From a virus: DNA of 64,000 nucleotides. Positions 10,728 through 21,195 of the stretch are shown one piece after another; position 1 is the first letter of the stretch, and every line of letters begins with the position of its first letter. The stretch lies in the IMG/VR virus record IMGVR_UViG_3300046665_000434, positions 1 through 64,000 of that record, one strand, 5' to 3'. The position numbers and the translations under genes are program-made. A model generated the notes under the pieces. It was given only the letters and a program-made list of their open reading frames with translations. It made no database searches and was not told the DNA's origin.

Positions 10728-11236
10728 GCATCATTTACACTCACCGCGGTTTCCCAACCGAGATGGATATTCAAGCGACGCCGGGCTCAGTATATGAAGC
10801 GCCGGAAGTTAGCGATATCTATCGTGACCGCATGGACCAGTCTCGGCCAGGCTTCGCTGAAGAAACCGACCAGATTGCTATCTTGCTCCGTGAGTGGAAA
10901 GCGACACAAGGCTTCTTCATTCCGTCTCTGATGCCAAACGTGCGTCTGGGTACGAGTGTTCAAGCCTTCATCGCAGAGTCTGCTCTGTTCCTGACCAAGC
11001 GCATCACACGTCGACGTGTGTCGTTCCAGGACAGAGCACTCATCATGAAGCATGATATCCAGGTGGCTACACGTCTCCCGGTTTTCAGTGCAGAAGAACG
11101 TGAGGCGATTGTTGAACTCGCCAATCTGACTCCTGAAGCGCTTATCCAGAAATGGGTAGTCTTGCTCGGCGTAGACGACTTGTCGTGTACGATGGAGCTT
11201 TACGTGGGTGACCGTTCGGTTTCTCAGTCCATGTAA
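10724..11236 (+). CDS. Hypothetical virion-block protein
   Basis: 170 aa, ATGA overlap with upstream stop, GGAGG RBS. Confidence 0.7.
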   Translation: MSIIYTHRGFPTEMDIQATPGSVYEAPEVSDIYRDRMDQSRPGFAEETDQIAILLREWKATQGFFIPSLMPNVRLGTSVQAFIAESALFLTKRITRRRVSFQDRALIMKHDIQVATRLPVFSAEEREAIVELANLTPEALIQKWVVLLGVDDLSCTMELYVGDRSVSQSM

Positions 11237-11295
11237 TAATGTGCGTATACGCCGTCGGTCGCACCGACGTCATCTTTACTCCTTAGGAGCTACAC

Positions 11296-12681
11296 ATGTC
11301 TTTCACATCCTTGAACGATGCCCTCTTCCAGTACGGCGTCGAGTCCGGCGAGATCGAGCTGGAAGTTACCCACCCGGCCGGTGAAGAAGAAATCACCGTC
11401 ATCACCGACGCCACTCAGTCGGACCTCGAAGAAGCTGTCGAGGACATGGGTGAGAAGGTCGAGAAGCTGCAAGAACACGACGCCAACGCCGAGAAGGTTG
11501 TTGAAGTCGTTGAATCCCTGGAATCGTACGTCGGTCAAGTGCAAGCCATGTCGGCTCGTGGCGAGAAACTGGGTGCACAAGGCGCCAAGTTCCTGATCCA
11601 GGCGATGACCGCTTCGATGGAAGGCCGTGGCATGCCGGTTCAGCTGTTCGGCAGCGACATGGTCATCATGAGCGAATCCTTCGAGAGCAACCAACTCGAA
11701 GACTACTCGCAAGAAGCTGAAGAGAAAGGCGAAGGCCTGCTCTCCAAGTTCGTCAAAATGCTGCAAGCTGCTGCGTCGGCGATCAAAACCGCCATCATGG
11801 AATTCTTCGCCACCATCGGTAAATCGGCTGCTGCCATCAAGGCTGCCGGTGCGAAGCTGAAACGCGTTGGCGCCGCTGCCAAAGGCACTCCAAAAGTCAA
11901 AGAGCTGTCCGGTGGTAGCTACAAGACCCTGGTCGTCGGTGGCAAGGTTGCTCCTGCCGCTGCTCTGGACGCTTTGAAGAAAGCCTACAACAACGACGTC
12001 GTCAAAACTTCGGTCGCCATCATGCGCGCTCTGAAGCCTGTGACCGCCGCTCTGCAAAGCCCTACCGCTGCCAGCCTGAAATCGGCGGCCGGTGCTGTTG
12101 ATACCAGTTCGCTGAATGACCACTCCGGCGAACTGCCTGGTGGTTTCAAAGCTGTCTGGAAAGTCGGTCAAGGCGAAGGCCTGTCCCGTCTGTCCGGTGC
12201 ACGTTTCGGCATCACCAAACCCGAGAAGAGCCAGGCACCTGAAAAGGCTGAAATCCTGACTCCATCGGAAATCGTCGCCCTGGGCGGCAAGCTGGACGAA
12301 ATCAGCACCCTGATGACCAGCGCCAAGAAAGACGGCGACACCGTGATCAGCGCCAACGAGCAGGCTGTTGCTGCTGCTGCGAAGGCTGTTGGCGGTATTG
12401 CTGCTCGCATCAAAGCCAAAGTCACCGGCTCCAAGTCGGATGCGGACAAGGACGACGATCACGCCGCCCGTGAACTGCTGAAGACCGTGAAGGCGATCAT
12501 GTCGGCGAACAAGAATATCGTTCCTGACTTCATTCGCCACGTCGGCACTGCTGCCAAAGAAGCCTATAGCTTCGGCGCTGCATCTGCCGGCAAGTACGGC
12601 GGCAAGGTTGAAGCAGCTCCGGATGCTGATGCCAAGCCGAAAGATGACGACAAGAAAGACGATGACAAGAAAGGCGAGTAA
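11296..12681 (+). CDS. phiKZ-type internal head protein
   Basis: Acidic propeptide with SLE, SME, SFE, SQE motifs followed by Ala/Lys-rich mature part; very strong codon bias; AGGAG RBS. Confidence 0.8.
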   Translation: MSFTSLNDALFQYGVESGEIELEVTHPAGEEEITVITDATQSDLEEAVEDMGEKVEKLQEHDANAEKVVEVVESLESYVGQVQAMSARGEKLGAQGAKFLIQAMTASMEGRGMPVQLFGSDMVIMSESFESNQLEDYSQEAEEKGEGLLSKFVKMLQAAASAIKTAIMEFFATIGKSAAAIKAAGAKLKRVGAAAKGTPKVKELSGGSYKTLVVGGKVAPAAALDALKKAYNNDVVKTSVAIMRALKPVTAALQSPTAASLKSAAGAVDTSSLNDHSGELPGGFKAVWKVGQGEGLSRLSGARFGITKPEKSQAPEKAEILTPSEIVALGGKLDEISTLMTSAKKDGDTVISANEQAVAAAAKAVGGIAARIKAKVTGSKSDADKDDDHAARELLKTVKAIMSANKNIVPDFIRHVGTAAKEAYSFGAASAGKYGGKVEAAPDADAKPKDDDKKDDDKKGE

Positions 12682-12703
12682 TCGTCCTTCCTGCGTCGGT
12701 TAA

Positions 12704-12732
12704 ATACAGCGGGGCCTCGCGCCCCGCTGTAT
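12704..12732 (+). terminator. Hairpin of the ATACAGCGGGGC family
   Basis: ATACAGCGGGGC-CTCGC-GCCCCGCTGTAT directly after stop codon. Confidence 0.75.
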
Positions 12733-12777
12733 GCCGTAGATAATATAGCGTCCCCTAATTAACCTCACAGGTGTCTC

Positions 12778-14076
12778 ATGTCCCGATTCAGTGACGACCT
12801 TTCCGCTGCCCTACTCGGGACAGCCAACTTCGAATCATCGATCGTTGAAACCAACGATGTCGTGGTTGAGCAAGATGTAGTAACTCGCGAACTCGTTGAA
12901 GAAGTTCGTGAAGAACGTGCAGAGCTTTCTGATTCCTTGGATTTTGTTGATGAGATTGGTGATGACCGTAACGATATCGATGCCGCCGCCAAAGTGGCCG
13001 ACATTGTGGCCAGTGCTGCTAACGCTGTTGATACTGCTGCCCCTTCTGCGGTAGAAGGTGTTGTAGGTCTGGCTAACTGTGCTATCGCCGATGCTGAACG
13101 CATTATCGATACCGAGATCCCTCGTCTGGAAACTGACCTGCACGGCGCTGTCACCGAAGTCTCCATGGAAGGCCTGGGTGACTGGTTCAACAGCACTGTG
13201 AAAGCCTTTGGCGCAGCAATGGGTTCGTTCGGTGCTCGCGTGGCCCTGGGTCTGTCTCGTCTGAACGACAGCTCGGCTGGTCTGACCAAACGTTCGATGC
13301 GCGTTCGTGGTCTGATCATCAAGCGTGATCCTGAAGGTGGTAAGCCACTCAAGCTGTCGTCCGGCACCCAGCGTCTGCTGGTACTGAACAACACCTACGC
13401 GACTCCTGCGGCGATTGCAGAAAGTCTGACGGCGTTTGCTGCAACCAACATCGCCCTGACCAAAGCTGTCGAAGTGTACCACACTCGTCTGGCTGATCAG
13501 ATCAAGAACCGTGTGATCGACGCAGTCAGTAGCGGCAAGGCCAACCTCGATGGTCTCGTCCAGATCCAGGGTGATGATCTCATCAAACAGATCAGTGACA
13601 TCATCAAGGAACAACCTGCACAGTTCCTGGGTAACCAGCGGTACGAGTTCAAAGAGCATCGGTACAACAAAGTGCTGACCGCCCTACTGACCACGACTGA
13701 CCCTGATGCCAAAGAGCTGATCCGCCATCTCGACGCACCTACCAGTCTCAGCAATGAAGACTTGGGCAAGCTGTTGCTGGTCGTCGAAACGATCGTCTCC
13801 GAAAGCCTGAAGACGCTGGAGCGCATCTCGTCCTCCACCAAAGGGTCGTTCAAGGCTCTGGAGTCGGTTGTCTCCAAACTCAACAACACGACTGAAAGTG
13901 ATGACGAAGTCGATCTGGATGACGGCGTCAATAAGTTCGAGCTGATGCGTATCGAATCGCAACTGGTGTCTGAGCTGGGCCGTGTGGTTGACCGTCTGGT
14001 CGATTATCAGCGCGATCTGGTCACTCGTCTGGATGCGGTACTGTGCTACGCCGAGGAATCTGTGTTCCAAGGGTAA
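12778..14076 (+). CDS. phiKZ-type internal head protein paralog
   Basis: Acidic N-terminus ending in VSMEG, helical mature domain. Confidence 0.75.
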   Translation: MSRFSDDLSAALLGTANFESSIVETNDVVVEQDVVTRELVEEVREERAELSDSLDFVDEIGDDRNDIDAAAKVADIVASAANAVDTAAPSAVEGVVGLANCAIADAERIIDTEIPRLETDLHGAVTEVSMEGLGDWFNSTVKAFGAAMGSFGARVALGLSRLNDSSAGLTKRSMRVRGLIIKRDPEGGKPLKLSSGTQRLLVLNNTYATPAAIAESLTAFAATNIALTKAVEVYHTRLADQIKNRVIDAVSSGKANLDGLVQIQGDDLIKQISDIIKEQPAQFLGNQRYEFKEHRYNKVLTALLTTTDPDAKELIRHLDAPTSLSNEDLGKLLLVVETIVSESLKTLERISSSTKGSFKALESVVSKLNNTTESDDEVDLDDGVNKFELMRIESQLVSELGRVVDRLVDYQRDLVTRLDAVLCYAEESVFQG

Positions 14077-14082
14077 CGCACT

Positions 14083-14109
14083 ATGGAGAGGGGTAAGACC
14101 CCTCTCCAT
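14083..14109 (+). terminator. Intergenic hairpin
   Basis: ATGGAGAGGGGT-AAG-ACCCCTCTCCAT. Confidence 0.7.
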
Positions 14110-14141
14110 GTATGCTGTGATCTATTTCGGGTATCAAAATC

Positions 14142-15800
14142 ATGCCAAGAAAAATTGTTGATCTGGTGGCTAATTATGATGCCATCAGTCGTCCAGTGGC
14201 GATGGGAATTGCACGAGACGTAGCGACGTTGTGTGGCCTTGGTCAGGTCCCGGTTTACATGACCAACGAATTCGATCGGGTGAAACAGAACAGCGGCGTG
14301 TTAGGAGATGATGACGAACCTCAATGGTCCGGCATGTCAAAACTGCGCGTAAGGGCAACTGACTCCACTCGTAATGAGGCTGTGCTCAACCAGATTACCA
14401 GACAGGCCGAAATGCCCGCTGTCTTCGATGATAGAAAGCTTGGGATTAGCCTGCGTCCGATCTACCAGTACTCTGATATCGAACTCGAGTTCAAGTACAC
14501 TTCAAAGTCTCGCCAAGACGCAACGCAGTGGCGTGACCGTCTGGTGACCAAGTTCGCTGAGAACATGACCAGTGTGCAACATGAGGTGTATTACGAGATC
14601 CCTATCAACGAAGAGATTCTCCAAACCCTCGCCTACTTTCATGAATTGAGAGAGAACATCGCTGGGTATGGGGATACGCTGTCGGAGTACATCGCCTCTA
14701 TTCAGAGACGTCAGTTGAAAGTGATCGGCACTACCAAGGACGGCGACTTCAGCAGGACCACGGTGGTTATCCCTGAGAAACAAGCCCAAGCGCAAGGATG
14801 GTTTGCATTCAGTGAAGTGCCGAAGGAAGTAAAGGAAGACGGTCTGTCCACTTGGACGATCGATTTTACTTACAAAGCGGTATACCATCGCTGCGTGCAG
14901 CTGTACTTCGTATACCCTCTGATGATCCATCAGCAGCATGTGAAGCGTCCGCTATTCGATGACCGGCCTCGTTTTGCTGTTGATGAGCTGCCTAAACATG
15001 GCGCTATCGGTATCAGAGCGCTTGATGTGATCCAGGGTAACGTCGACTACTTCCCAGCGCCGGCTGACGGCATGCGGGTTCCTGCTTACGATGAGTGGAT
15101 CCCCGGCTACCGCAATCAGCCTCAGTATTCTCTGCCTGGCATCAGCTGGATGATTCAGTTGGATCCGAACGATCCTCAGGACATCCTGAACCTGACGCAG
15201 ATCCCCACTTATCGTTTCACGAAAGAGATGGATGATTACTTCAGGGAGTATTACGCTGGACTGATCACGATTGGAGGCGCGCCGATCTTCTTCACGCTGT
15301 ACAACGAAGATACTCGGATGAGTCAAGATATGCTCTCGATCGACAAGGATCTGAACATCAGGGCTAAAGTGCCGTTGGATTTGAGAAGATCGTATCACCT
15401 ACGTCTTAACTTCCCGACGCTCTACGGCCAGTTTACGGATAAGGCTATCCGGAGCATGCAGCTTAACTGGAAAGCCACACTCCAGATCTTCACGTCGATC
15501 TTCCCACGTTTAGATGTAAGCTACGCCATCTCTATCCTGATTGATGATCTGTATGTACCTAAATCCTACATCAAGTGGTTCTACAAGATGTTGGAGGATA
15601 AGAGCATTGGATTTCAAGACGGGACGGGTGGTGTCGGCGGTCCTATCAATCGAGGCGAGGCTGGTGGGTTGCCCGGAGGCGGTAAGTCTCCTGGCGATGG
15701 AACTGGCGACTGGGGTTATCAAGACCCTTGGGCTCGCGAAGGCGATGGACACATCAAGTACCTACAGTGGCTGAGCATTATCGCGCTGAGGGTGGATTGA
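14142..15800 (+). CDS. Virion structural protein (phiKZ gp98-like by position)
   Basis: 552 aa ORF, Gly-rich segment near C-terminus. Confidence 0.6.
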   Translation: MPRKIVDLVANYDAISRPVAMGIARDVATLCGLGQVPVYMTNEFDRVKQNSGVLGDDDEPQWSGMSKLRVRATDSTRNEAVLNQITRQAEMPAVFDDRKLGISLRPIYQYSDIELEFKYTSKSRQDATQWRDRLVTKFAENMTSVQHEVYYEIPINEEILQTLAYFHELRENIAGYGDTLSEYIASIQRRQLKVIGTTKDGDFSRTTVVIPEKQAQAQGWFAFSEVPKEVKEDGLSTWTIDFTYKAVYHRCVQLYFVYPLMIHQQHVKRPLFDDRPRFAVDELPKHGAIGIRALDVIQGNVDYFPAPADGMRVPAYDEWIPGYRNQPQYSLPGISWMIQLDPNDPQDILNLTQIPTYRFTKEMDDYFREYYAGLITIGGAPIFFTLYNEDTRMSQDMLSIDKDLNIRAKVPLDLRRSYHLRLNFPTLYGQFTDKAIRSMQLNWKATLQIFTSIFPRLDVSYAISILIDDLYVPKSYIKWFYKMLEDKSIGFQDGTGGVGGPINRGEAGGLPGGGKSPGDGTGDWGYQDPWAREGDGHIKYLQWLSIIALRVD

Positions 15801-15810
15801 TCAAAATTAA

Positions 15811-15831
15811 GATCATACATCATCGACGTGT
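15811..15831 (+). promoter_or_regulatory. Putative early promoter (ATACATTA family)
   Basis: GATCATACATCATCGACGTGT after AT-rich tract, upstream of a small membrane gene. Confidence 0.5.
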
Positions 15832-15854
15832 CATGCAAAGAAAAGGAGTTAATC

Positions 15855-16145
15855 ATGACTCATGACGCGTTCACGTTCACGTACTACGGATTGGCAGTGA
15901 CTTTCCTGGCCGTGCTCTTCAGTGTCGCATTATACGTCTTGGCGATTTGTATCCGCCTTGATAAGGAACATCCTCATTGGTACGAGCGGTACGTCTTGTA
16001 CTCGAGGTTCTGGTTGGTAATACTGGCATTGGCATCAGCGATTGCGTGGTTCGTCAGTGATACTTACGTCTGGTTAGTCATGTTGTTGGGATCATTAGTT
16101 CTGTACCTCGACACAATGTTTGCACGACGGTATGTACGCAGATAG
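15855..16145 (+). CDS. Small membrane protein (about 3 TM segments)
   Basis: AAGGAG RBS before ATG 15855; hydrophobic stretches. Confidence 0.7.
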   Translation: MTHDAFTFTYYGLAVTFLAVLFSVALYVLAICIRLDKEHPHWYERYVLYSRFWLVILALASAIAWFVSDTYVWLVMLLGSLVLYLDTMFARRYVRR

Positions 16146-16154
16146 CGAGTAAGA

Positions 16155-16196
16155 GACAGCTGGGGAAACCCAGCTGTCATCTCGTTCTTTTTTTTT
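16155..16196 (+). terminator. Rho-independent terminator
   Basis: GACAGCTGGG-GAAA-CCCAGCTGTC followed by T tract. Confidence 0.8.
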
Positions 16197-16236
16197 GTCT
16201 GAGTCCTATGAGCGTACAATTTCAGAGGGTTTTATC

Positions 16237-17607
16237 ATGCCGGTTGCAGAAACACCAAAAGACCAAGGTCCTATCAAACCTAACGTCAGGATCAGCGATA
16301 GTCAGTATGTTTCTCAGGTCGTCGATACCAGAAAGACTGACATCAACACGCTGTCTTCTTATCTGTCTGGTCAGAAGTGGCAGGTCGATTACTACCGTCA
16401 AATATTGGGCCGTGATTCTGCGGGCGCTTCCTATCAGGATGGCTTGCCTCCGGCCTACGGTCAGTACGAACTGATCCGAAACTTCCAGTTGGTGGTGACC
16501 GATGACCTGAAGACGGTTCAGGATACTCAGGATACCAACAACTACCGCACCACCGGCGCGGGCCTGATCTACAACTGTCTGCCGGTACAGGACGGCGACA
16601 TGTTCATTGCCGACATCGGTAACGGCATGAATGGTATCTTCCAGGTCAATGAATCGACCATCGGCGGGTACTACCCGGAAGCCGCCACGGCGGTTACCTG
16701 GACACTGACCAGACAGGTCACTCGCGACTTCCTCGACCGGTTGAACAACAATCGCGTTGAAACGGAAAGCTACTTCTCGCTGGAGAACTTCCGTTCCGGC
16801 CTGAAACCTATCCTGACCCTCGATGACATGAACGTCATCAAACGCCTGGCCAACGCTCGTAGTCGTCTGCTTCACTTGTACTTCAAAGACTTCTTCGACG
16901 ATGCTCGTGAAACGTTCGTCGTTCCGGTAGTTCCGAGTCTCGGCGGTTTGTTGACCTATGATCCGTACGTAGTACGGTTTATGAAGTCGATCCTTGAAAC
17001 CCGAGATCATGTTCAGGTCAGTGCAATTACCGCGCATGGTGTTTCGGCTGACCTGTATTCGAACCAAGTGTCCTTGTTCGATGCATTGGCTCAGCGTGAT
17101 CCAGGGCTTCTGTATAGCGCCTCTCGCAAGATGGGACTCAGTCCTATTCGTGCGTTCCGCCAACGTCCCCTGTTCGCTGGTATCGCCTTCAGTGGCATCA
17201 AACAGGTGGTGACTGCTATCGATGCTGCCTTCAACGTCAATACGGGCTACCACGCACCTCACGCTGCCGGTAAATTGGCTAAAGCCGATGTGCGTCAAGA
17301 CGACATGCGTTCGCTTCTACCTCAGCTTGACCTGACAGGTGAAGAGCCTCGGGGCGGCGCAGCCGCTTGGATCAAGCGAGTAGTGGTCGATGACTACTAC
17401 GTGTTGAGTGAAGCATTCTACGAGGGCAATACTGCCCAGATGAGTCGACTCGAGTTCATGATCAATGAGCGCCTGAACAACCGACCTATCGACTTGAAGG
17501 AATTGGCAGACCTTGCCGACTACGCCCACAAGTACGACAACCTCGAACGCTTCTACTACACGCCGCTGATCTTGACATTGATCAAGCTGGCACCTGGGGT
17601 GCTGTAA
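16237..17607 (+). CDS. Virion structural protein (phiKZ gp99-like by position)
   Basis: ATG 16237 after GAGG; GDMFIADIGNG motif; structural gene context. Confidence 0.65.
   Translation: MPVAETPKDQGPIKPNVRISDSQYVSQVVDTRKTDINTLSSYLSGQKWQVDYYRQILGRDSAGASYQDGLPPAYGQYELIRNFQLVVTDDLKTVQDTQDTNNYRTTGAGLIYNCLPVQDGDMFIADIGNGMNGIFQVNESTIGGYYPEAATAVTWTLTRQVTRDFLDRLNNNRVETESYFSLENFRSGLKPILTLDDMNVIKRLANARSRLLHLYFKDFFDDARETFVVPVVPSLGGLLTYDPYVVRFMKSILETRDHVQVSAITAHGVSADLYSNQVSLFDALAQRDPGLLYSASRKMGLSPIRAFRQRPLFAGIAFSGIKQVVTAIDAAFNVNTGYHAPHAAGKLAKADVRQDDMRSLLPQLDLTGEEPRGGAAAWIKRVVVDDYYVLSEAFYEGNTAQMSRLEFMINERLNNRPIDLKELADLADYAHKYDNLERFYYTPLILTLIKLAPGVL
16361..16428 (+). repeat. 68 bp direct repeat, copy A (copy B at 61603-61670)
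   Basis: 64/68 identical by manual alignment. Confidence 0.95.
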
Positions 17608-18218
17608 TGAGATCATCCACTGCTGCCGAATCTGGCTTCAAGATCCCTAAACGTAAGTACATCGAACGTGATACGGCTGATTACATCTTCAGTAAAGATG
17701 AACAGCTGAACTTCAACGTCGACACTGCTCACTTCAGGGCAAAGAACCGATCGCTCCACCGCCCTACAGTGACAAGTAATCCCGTCGAAGAAGAAATGAA
17801 CTGGATCGCCAACCAGCCGGTTAACACGTACGGTTGTGTCTGGGACATGGTCGAGTACTTCATCGACGGCGCAACACTTGGCTTCAATGACAAGTCCATC
17901 GCGGAGATCGCCTACAAACGAATCCTCGATCACTTCAATGCGCACATCAAAGCGCAACGCAGTGACAAGATGTACATGCCGCCGGATATCGAAGACTTCC
18001 GGATGATGGGTGAATTCGCCACGGCTATCCGTACGATCGTGGTCGACATCAACCCATTGATCGACAAGCCGATCTTCGCCAACCCTCTCGATGGTCTGCG
18101 TGTACGTCCTACGTTCAGCAAATCTATCATGGAAGAGAAGAAGGAAGAAGGCGTCGTCGCCAAGTCGATCGAGCAGATGGACATCATCGAGCAATACATG
18201 GAGATGTACCATGGCTAG
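17607..18218 (+). CDS. Hypothetical protein, virion block
   Basis: 203 aa, TAATG overlap with upstream gene. Confidence 0.7.
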   Translation: MRSSTAAESGFKIPKRKYIERDTADYIFSKDEQLNFNVDTAHFRAKNRSLHRPTVTSNPVEEEMNWIANQPVNTYGCVWDMVEYFIDGATLGFNDKSIAEIAYKRILDHFNAHIKAQRSDKMYMPPDIEDFRMMGEFATAIRTIVVDINPLIDKPIFANPLDGLRVRPTFSKSIMEEKKEEGVVAKSIEQMDIIEQYMEMYHG

Positions 18219-19626
18219 TGAACTACAGTCATCGGCACTGTTGTTGGAGTTACAGCGAATCATTGCTGGTGACGGTAGTCCTTACTTCAACTTCGATGTC
18301 ATCATCCACAGCGCTGGGAAAGAGATCTCCCCCCTGCAAGTGATCCGATATGACATTGGGCGGGATTACCGGACAGCGTATACTGATGCGCTGTCGCTGG
18401 TACTCAGTCTTGGGGTCGGCACGGTGATGAACGATATCGGTCCTTTTCAGGACGATCTCAGAATCACTGTTAATATCAGCAACGCCGATGGTCGAGGCAA
18501 TCAACGTACAGCAGAAGCTGTTCTGTCCTCGACCTACGTCGCGTACCTTGCTGATGAGATCCCGCGCCCTACCGACTCCGGTTACGATCCGTCCCTTCAA
18601 GATACTGAAACGGCTAACCGTAATGGCATTCGTCATGTGGCGTTTGTTCTGGAAGAGGTAGCGGTGTCCCAGCTGCGCAAATCGTATCTGGGATTCATTG
18701 GCAGATCGTCGCCACCGTTTGAAGTCATGCGTGCTCTGTTGGTTCGTTACTCACAGGCCATCAAGTTGGCTGCTGATGAAGCTATCCGTGGGTTCGATCT
18801 GGTAGCACCGAACAACACAACGCCTCGCAACCACGTCATGATCCCTGACGGAACTAACTTCTTCTCGATCCCTGATCTGATCCAGAACAAGCAGGGTGGT
18901 ATCTATTCGACAGGTCTTGGCTTCTACATCCAGGACAGGATGGTCTACACCTGGCCGATGTACGACACCGCTCGTCAGGACTCTGCTAGCCGGATGCTGC
19001 AAGTGATCATGGCTCCTAACCGGCAATCGGTTGCGGTGGACAAGACGTGGATCAATGAAGACAGAATGCTGAGTGTCTATTCCGCCGGGATCTCAAAGAT
19101 CGAAGACGATACCTTAGGTAAGCTGAACCAACAAGGTAACGCCGTACGTTTTAACCGCGCAAGCAAATTAGTTGATGGAGTCGTGTCTGTTGGTAACAAC
19201 AAGATGGTGGCTTCAAGGTCAGCTAACAACAGTGAGTTCTCGACTACTGTGGTCGGTAACGCCCAGAACGTTGCTCCAGTAAGTTCTGCTCCCGTGACGG
19301 ATAATATCTATCTGGAAGCCAGTAAGCTTGCCATGCGTTCTGGCGCTATCTTGTACCTGCCCTGGTTGCGCAGTAACCCCGCACTCATCACTCCTGGGAT
19401 GGCTGTAGAGATCCTGTACGACTATGGCGGCATTATTCGGACAATCAAGGGATCTCTTTTGATGGCTCCGAGTTCTTACGAGATGGAAGGCTCGGGGATG
19501 ATGTCAGAGAGGATCTTTGCCAAGACGACTCTGGTGGTGTTCGTCGACCGTAACGATCCTGATTACCTTGCTTACATGCAGGGTGGCGGTACAGTGAGCC
19601 CGACTCCACAGATCGATACTCTATGA
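18211..19626 (+). CDS. Virion structural protein, possible baseplate hub (phiKZ gp101-like by position)
   Basis: ATG 18211 after GGAG; GIYSTGLGFYIQD and LITPGMAV segments. Confidence 0.55.
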   Translation: MASELQSSALLLELQRIIAGDGSPYFNFDVIIHSAGKEISPLQVIRYDIGRDYRTAYTDALSLVLSLGVGTVMNDIGPFQDDLRITVNISNADGRGNQRTAEAVLSSTYVAYLADEIPRPTDSGYDPSLQDTETANRNGIRHVAFVLEEVAVSQLRKSYLGFIGRSSPPFEVMRALLVRYSQAIKLAADEAIRGFDLVAPNNTTPRNHVMIPDGTNFFSIPDLIQNKQGGIYSTGLGFYIQDRMVYTWPMYDTARQDSASRMLQVIMAPNRQSVAVDKTWINEDRMLSVYSAGISKIEDDTLGKLNQQGNAVRFNRASKLVDGVVSVGNNKMVASRSANNSEFSTTVVGNAQNVAPVSSAPVTDNIYLEASKLAMRSGAILYLPWLRSNPALITPGMAVEILYDYGGIIRTIKGSLLMAPSSYEMEGSGMMSERIFAKTTLVVFVDRNDPDYLAYMQGGGTVSPTPQIDTL

Positions 19627-19632
19627 TTCTTT

Positions 19633-19653
19633 GGTAATACATTACTACCATGA
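19633..19653 (+). promoter_or_regulatory. Putative early promoter (ATACATTA family)
   Basis: GGTAATACATTACTACCATGA, followed by a GC hairpin. Confidence 0.55.
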
Positions 19654-19735
19654 CCGACTGGGGCGACGGCCCCAGTTATTTCTGCAATCGGTGTAAGGGA
19701 ACACCAGATGAATCAATTCAACAAGGCGGTGCTTT

Positions 19736-20452
19736 ATGAATGTAATGCTGACCCCAGAAAAGTCCCTGGTTGATCCAGGCCTACTTTTAAATCTGATCGT
19801 CCGCAAACAACACGGCGTCGAAGCAAAGCCGTTTGTTGTGTCCAAACAGTTCAACATTTCCACTTATCTGTCTCTCATTCGAAGCGAAGGCTACTACAAG
19901 TCCGAGGATGTGCTCTTAAAGCTCGCAGAAGCTCTTGAGAGAGACGGAATCATTGTTCCTGTTGAATCGTATACCTTAGACGTCGGAGAGCAAGGGCGGC
20001 CCTCTGAAGCGCTCGAAGAACACTACCGATATTCTCTGAACACCAGCGCGTGGACAGGGCGATCGATGGTAGCGTCACTGGAACAACTGTACATGCAGTT
20101 CATGGGCGAGCAAGGCGATCTCCATCTGTTGAAAACAGAAGAAGGTCGAGTACTAGCCCACGCCATGATCCTCATCGATATCTTCGATGGCGATCAGTAC
20201 CAATGCGAATTGGACATTGTAGGTCCTGACGAATCTACACTGCCCAAAGACCTGTCCTCACAGATTGAAGTTGAGCTGATCGACTGGTTAAAGAATAATC
20301 ACCCTGATACCGCTTTTGATCTCAAGGTGATGTTGCGACGTTCTGACCTGTTGGTCGCAATGGAGTCGCTTCATGAACAGCCTCACCAACCGTATATCGA
20401 AACTTGGGCCTTCGGCAACAAACGTTATCGAGGACATCCAGACACTCATTAA
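19736..20452 (+). CDS. Hypothetical protein
   Basis: 238 aa ORF. Confidence 0.7.
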   Translation: MNVMLTPEKSLVDPGLLLNLIVRKQHGVEAKPFVVSKQFNISTYLSLIRSEGYYKSEDVLLKLAEALERDGIIVPVESYTLDVGEQGRPSEALEEHYRYSLNTSAWTGRSMVASLEQLYMQFMGEQGDLHLLKTEEGRVLAHAMILIDIFDGDQYQCELDIVGPDESTLPKDLSSQIEVELIDWLKNNHPDTAFDLKVMLRRSDLLVAMESLHEQPHQPYIETWAFGNKRYRGHPDTH

Positions 20453-20636
20453 CAGGAACGATTCAGAAGCTGCATTATTGATTTCACTCGTTATCCAGTT
20501 TTACCTACAGACAGGCCCGCTAGACGATCTCACGTCTGCGCTCCAACAAGAGAACTTCAGCTTTACCGTAAGTCAGGACAGACTGATCCTCTCAGTCAGT
20601 GACACAAACCTCAACATCCCGATACCAAACTTTTAA
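20373..20636 (+). CDS. Hypothetical protein
   Basis: 87 aa ORF, GGAG upstream, fills gap but overlaps previous gene by 80 nt. Confidence 0.45.
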   Translation: MNSLTNRISKLGPSATNVIEDIQTLINRNDSEAALLISLVIQFYLQTGPLDDLTSALQQENFSFTVSQDRLILSVSDTNLNIPIPNF

Positions 20637-20656
20637 GGAGCCACGATTTATGTCGT

Positions 20657-21142
20657 GTGTCAGCTATGAAAACATCTTCCTCCACTCAGTCGATGCCTCC
20701 TGATGTAAAGAAGGACATCTTCACCGTCCTGGCAATCGCTGCACTGCTCCATGGCACCAGTCGAGCCGTACAGCAAACGGCCAAGAAATTGGCAGAGACA
20801 GCGCCCCGTGCGTTCTGCCGTAATACACTCCTCCCGCTGTCGAAGGCAGCTGATGCTTACGACATCATCATGGAACTTGCCGTCTTCCCCGTTGAAGAAC
20901 ACCTGATGGGGATTGCACACATCGGCGAGTCTGAGTATGACGTGGTGCTGAAGATCACGGACCACACTCTGTACAACAATGAAACAGCTGTTACCATGAT
21001 GGCTGGAGAGTTCCTGCGTAAAGGTATCATTCAGGGGCGACTGTACTTTGACCTCACTCATCCATTCCTGCGTCGTCGATTCAAATCCAGTATCGACATG
21101 GCGCGGTTTGCTAATGAGGCCGCCTTTGGCGTGGCAGCATAA
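20657..21142 (+). CDS. Hypothetical protein, true start uncertain (possible frameshift near 5' end)
   Basis: 161 aa ORF; the best RBS points to an out-of-frame ATG at 20650. Confidence 0.6.
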   Translation: MSAMKTSSSTQSMPPDVKKDIFTVLAIAALLHGTSRAVQQTAKKLAETAPRAFCRNTLLPLSKAADAYDIIMELAVFPVEEHLMGIAHIGESEYDVVLKITDHTLYNNETAVTMMAGEFLRKGIIQGRLYFDLTHPFLRRRFKSSIDMARFANEAAFGVAA

Positions 21143-21148
21143 GCGGCA

Positions 21149-21192
21149 TACAGCGGGGCTCACGCCCCGCTGTAGCTTCTTTCTTTTTTTTT
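21149..21192. terminator. Hairpin of the ATACAGCGGGGC family between convergent genes
   Basis: TACAGCGGGGC-TCAC-GCCCCGCTGTA plus T tract. Confidence 0.8.
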
Positions 21193-21195
21193 GCA

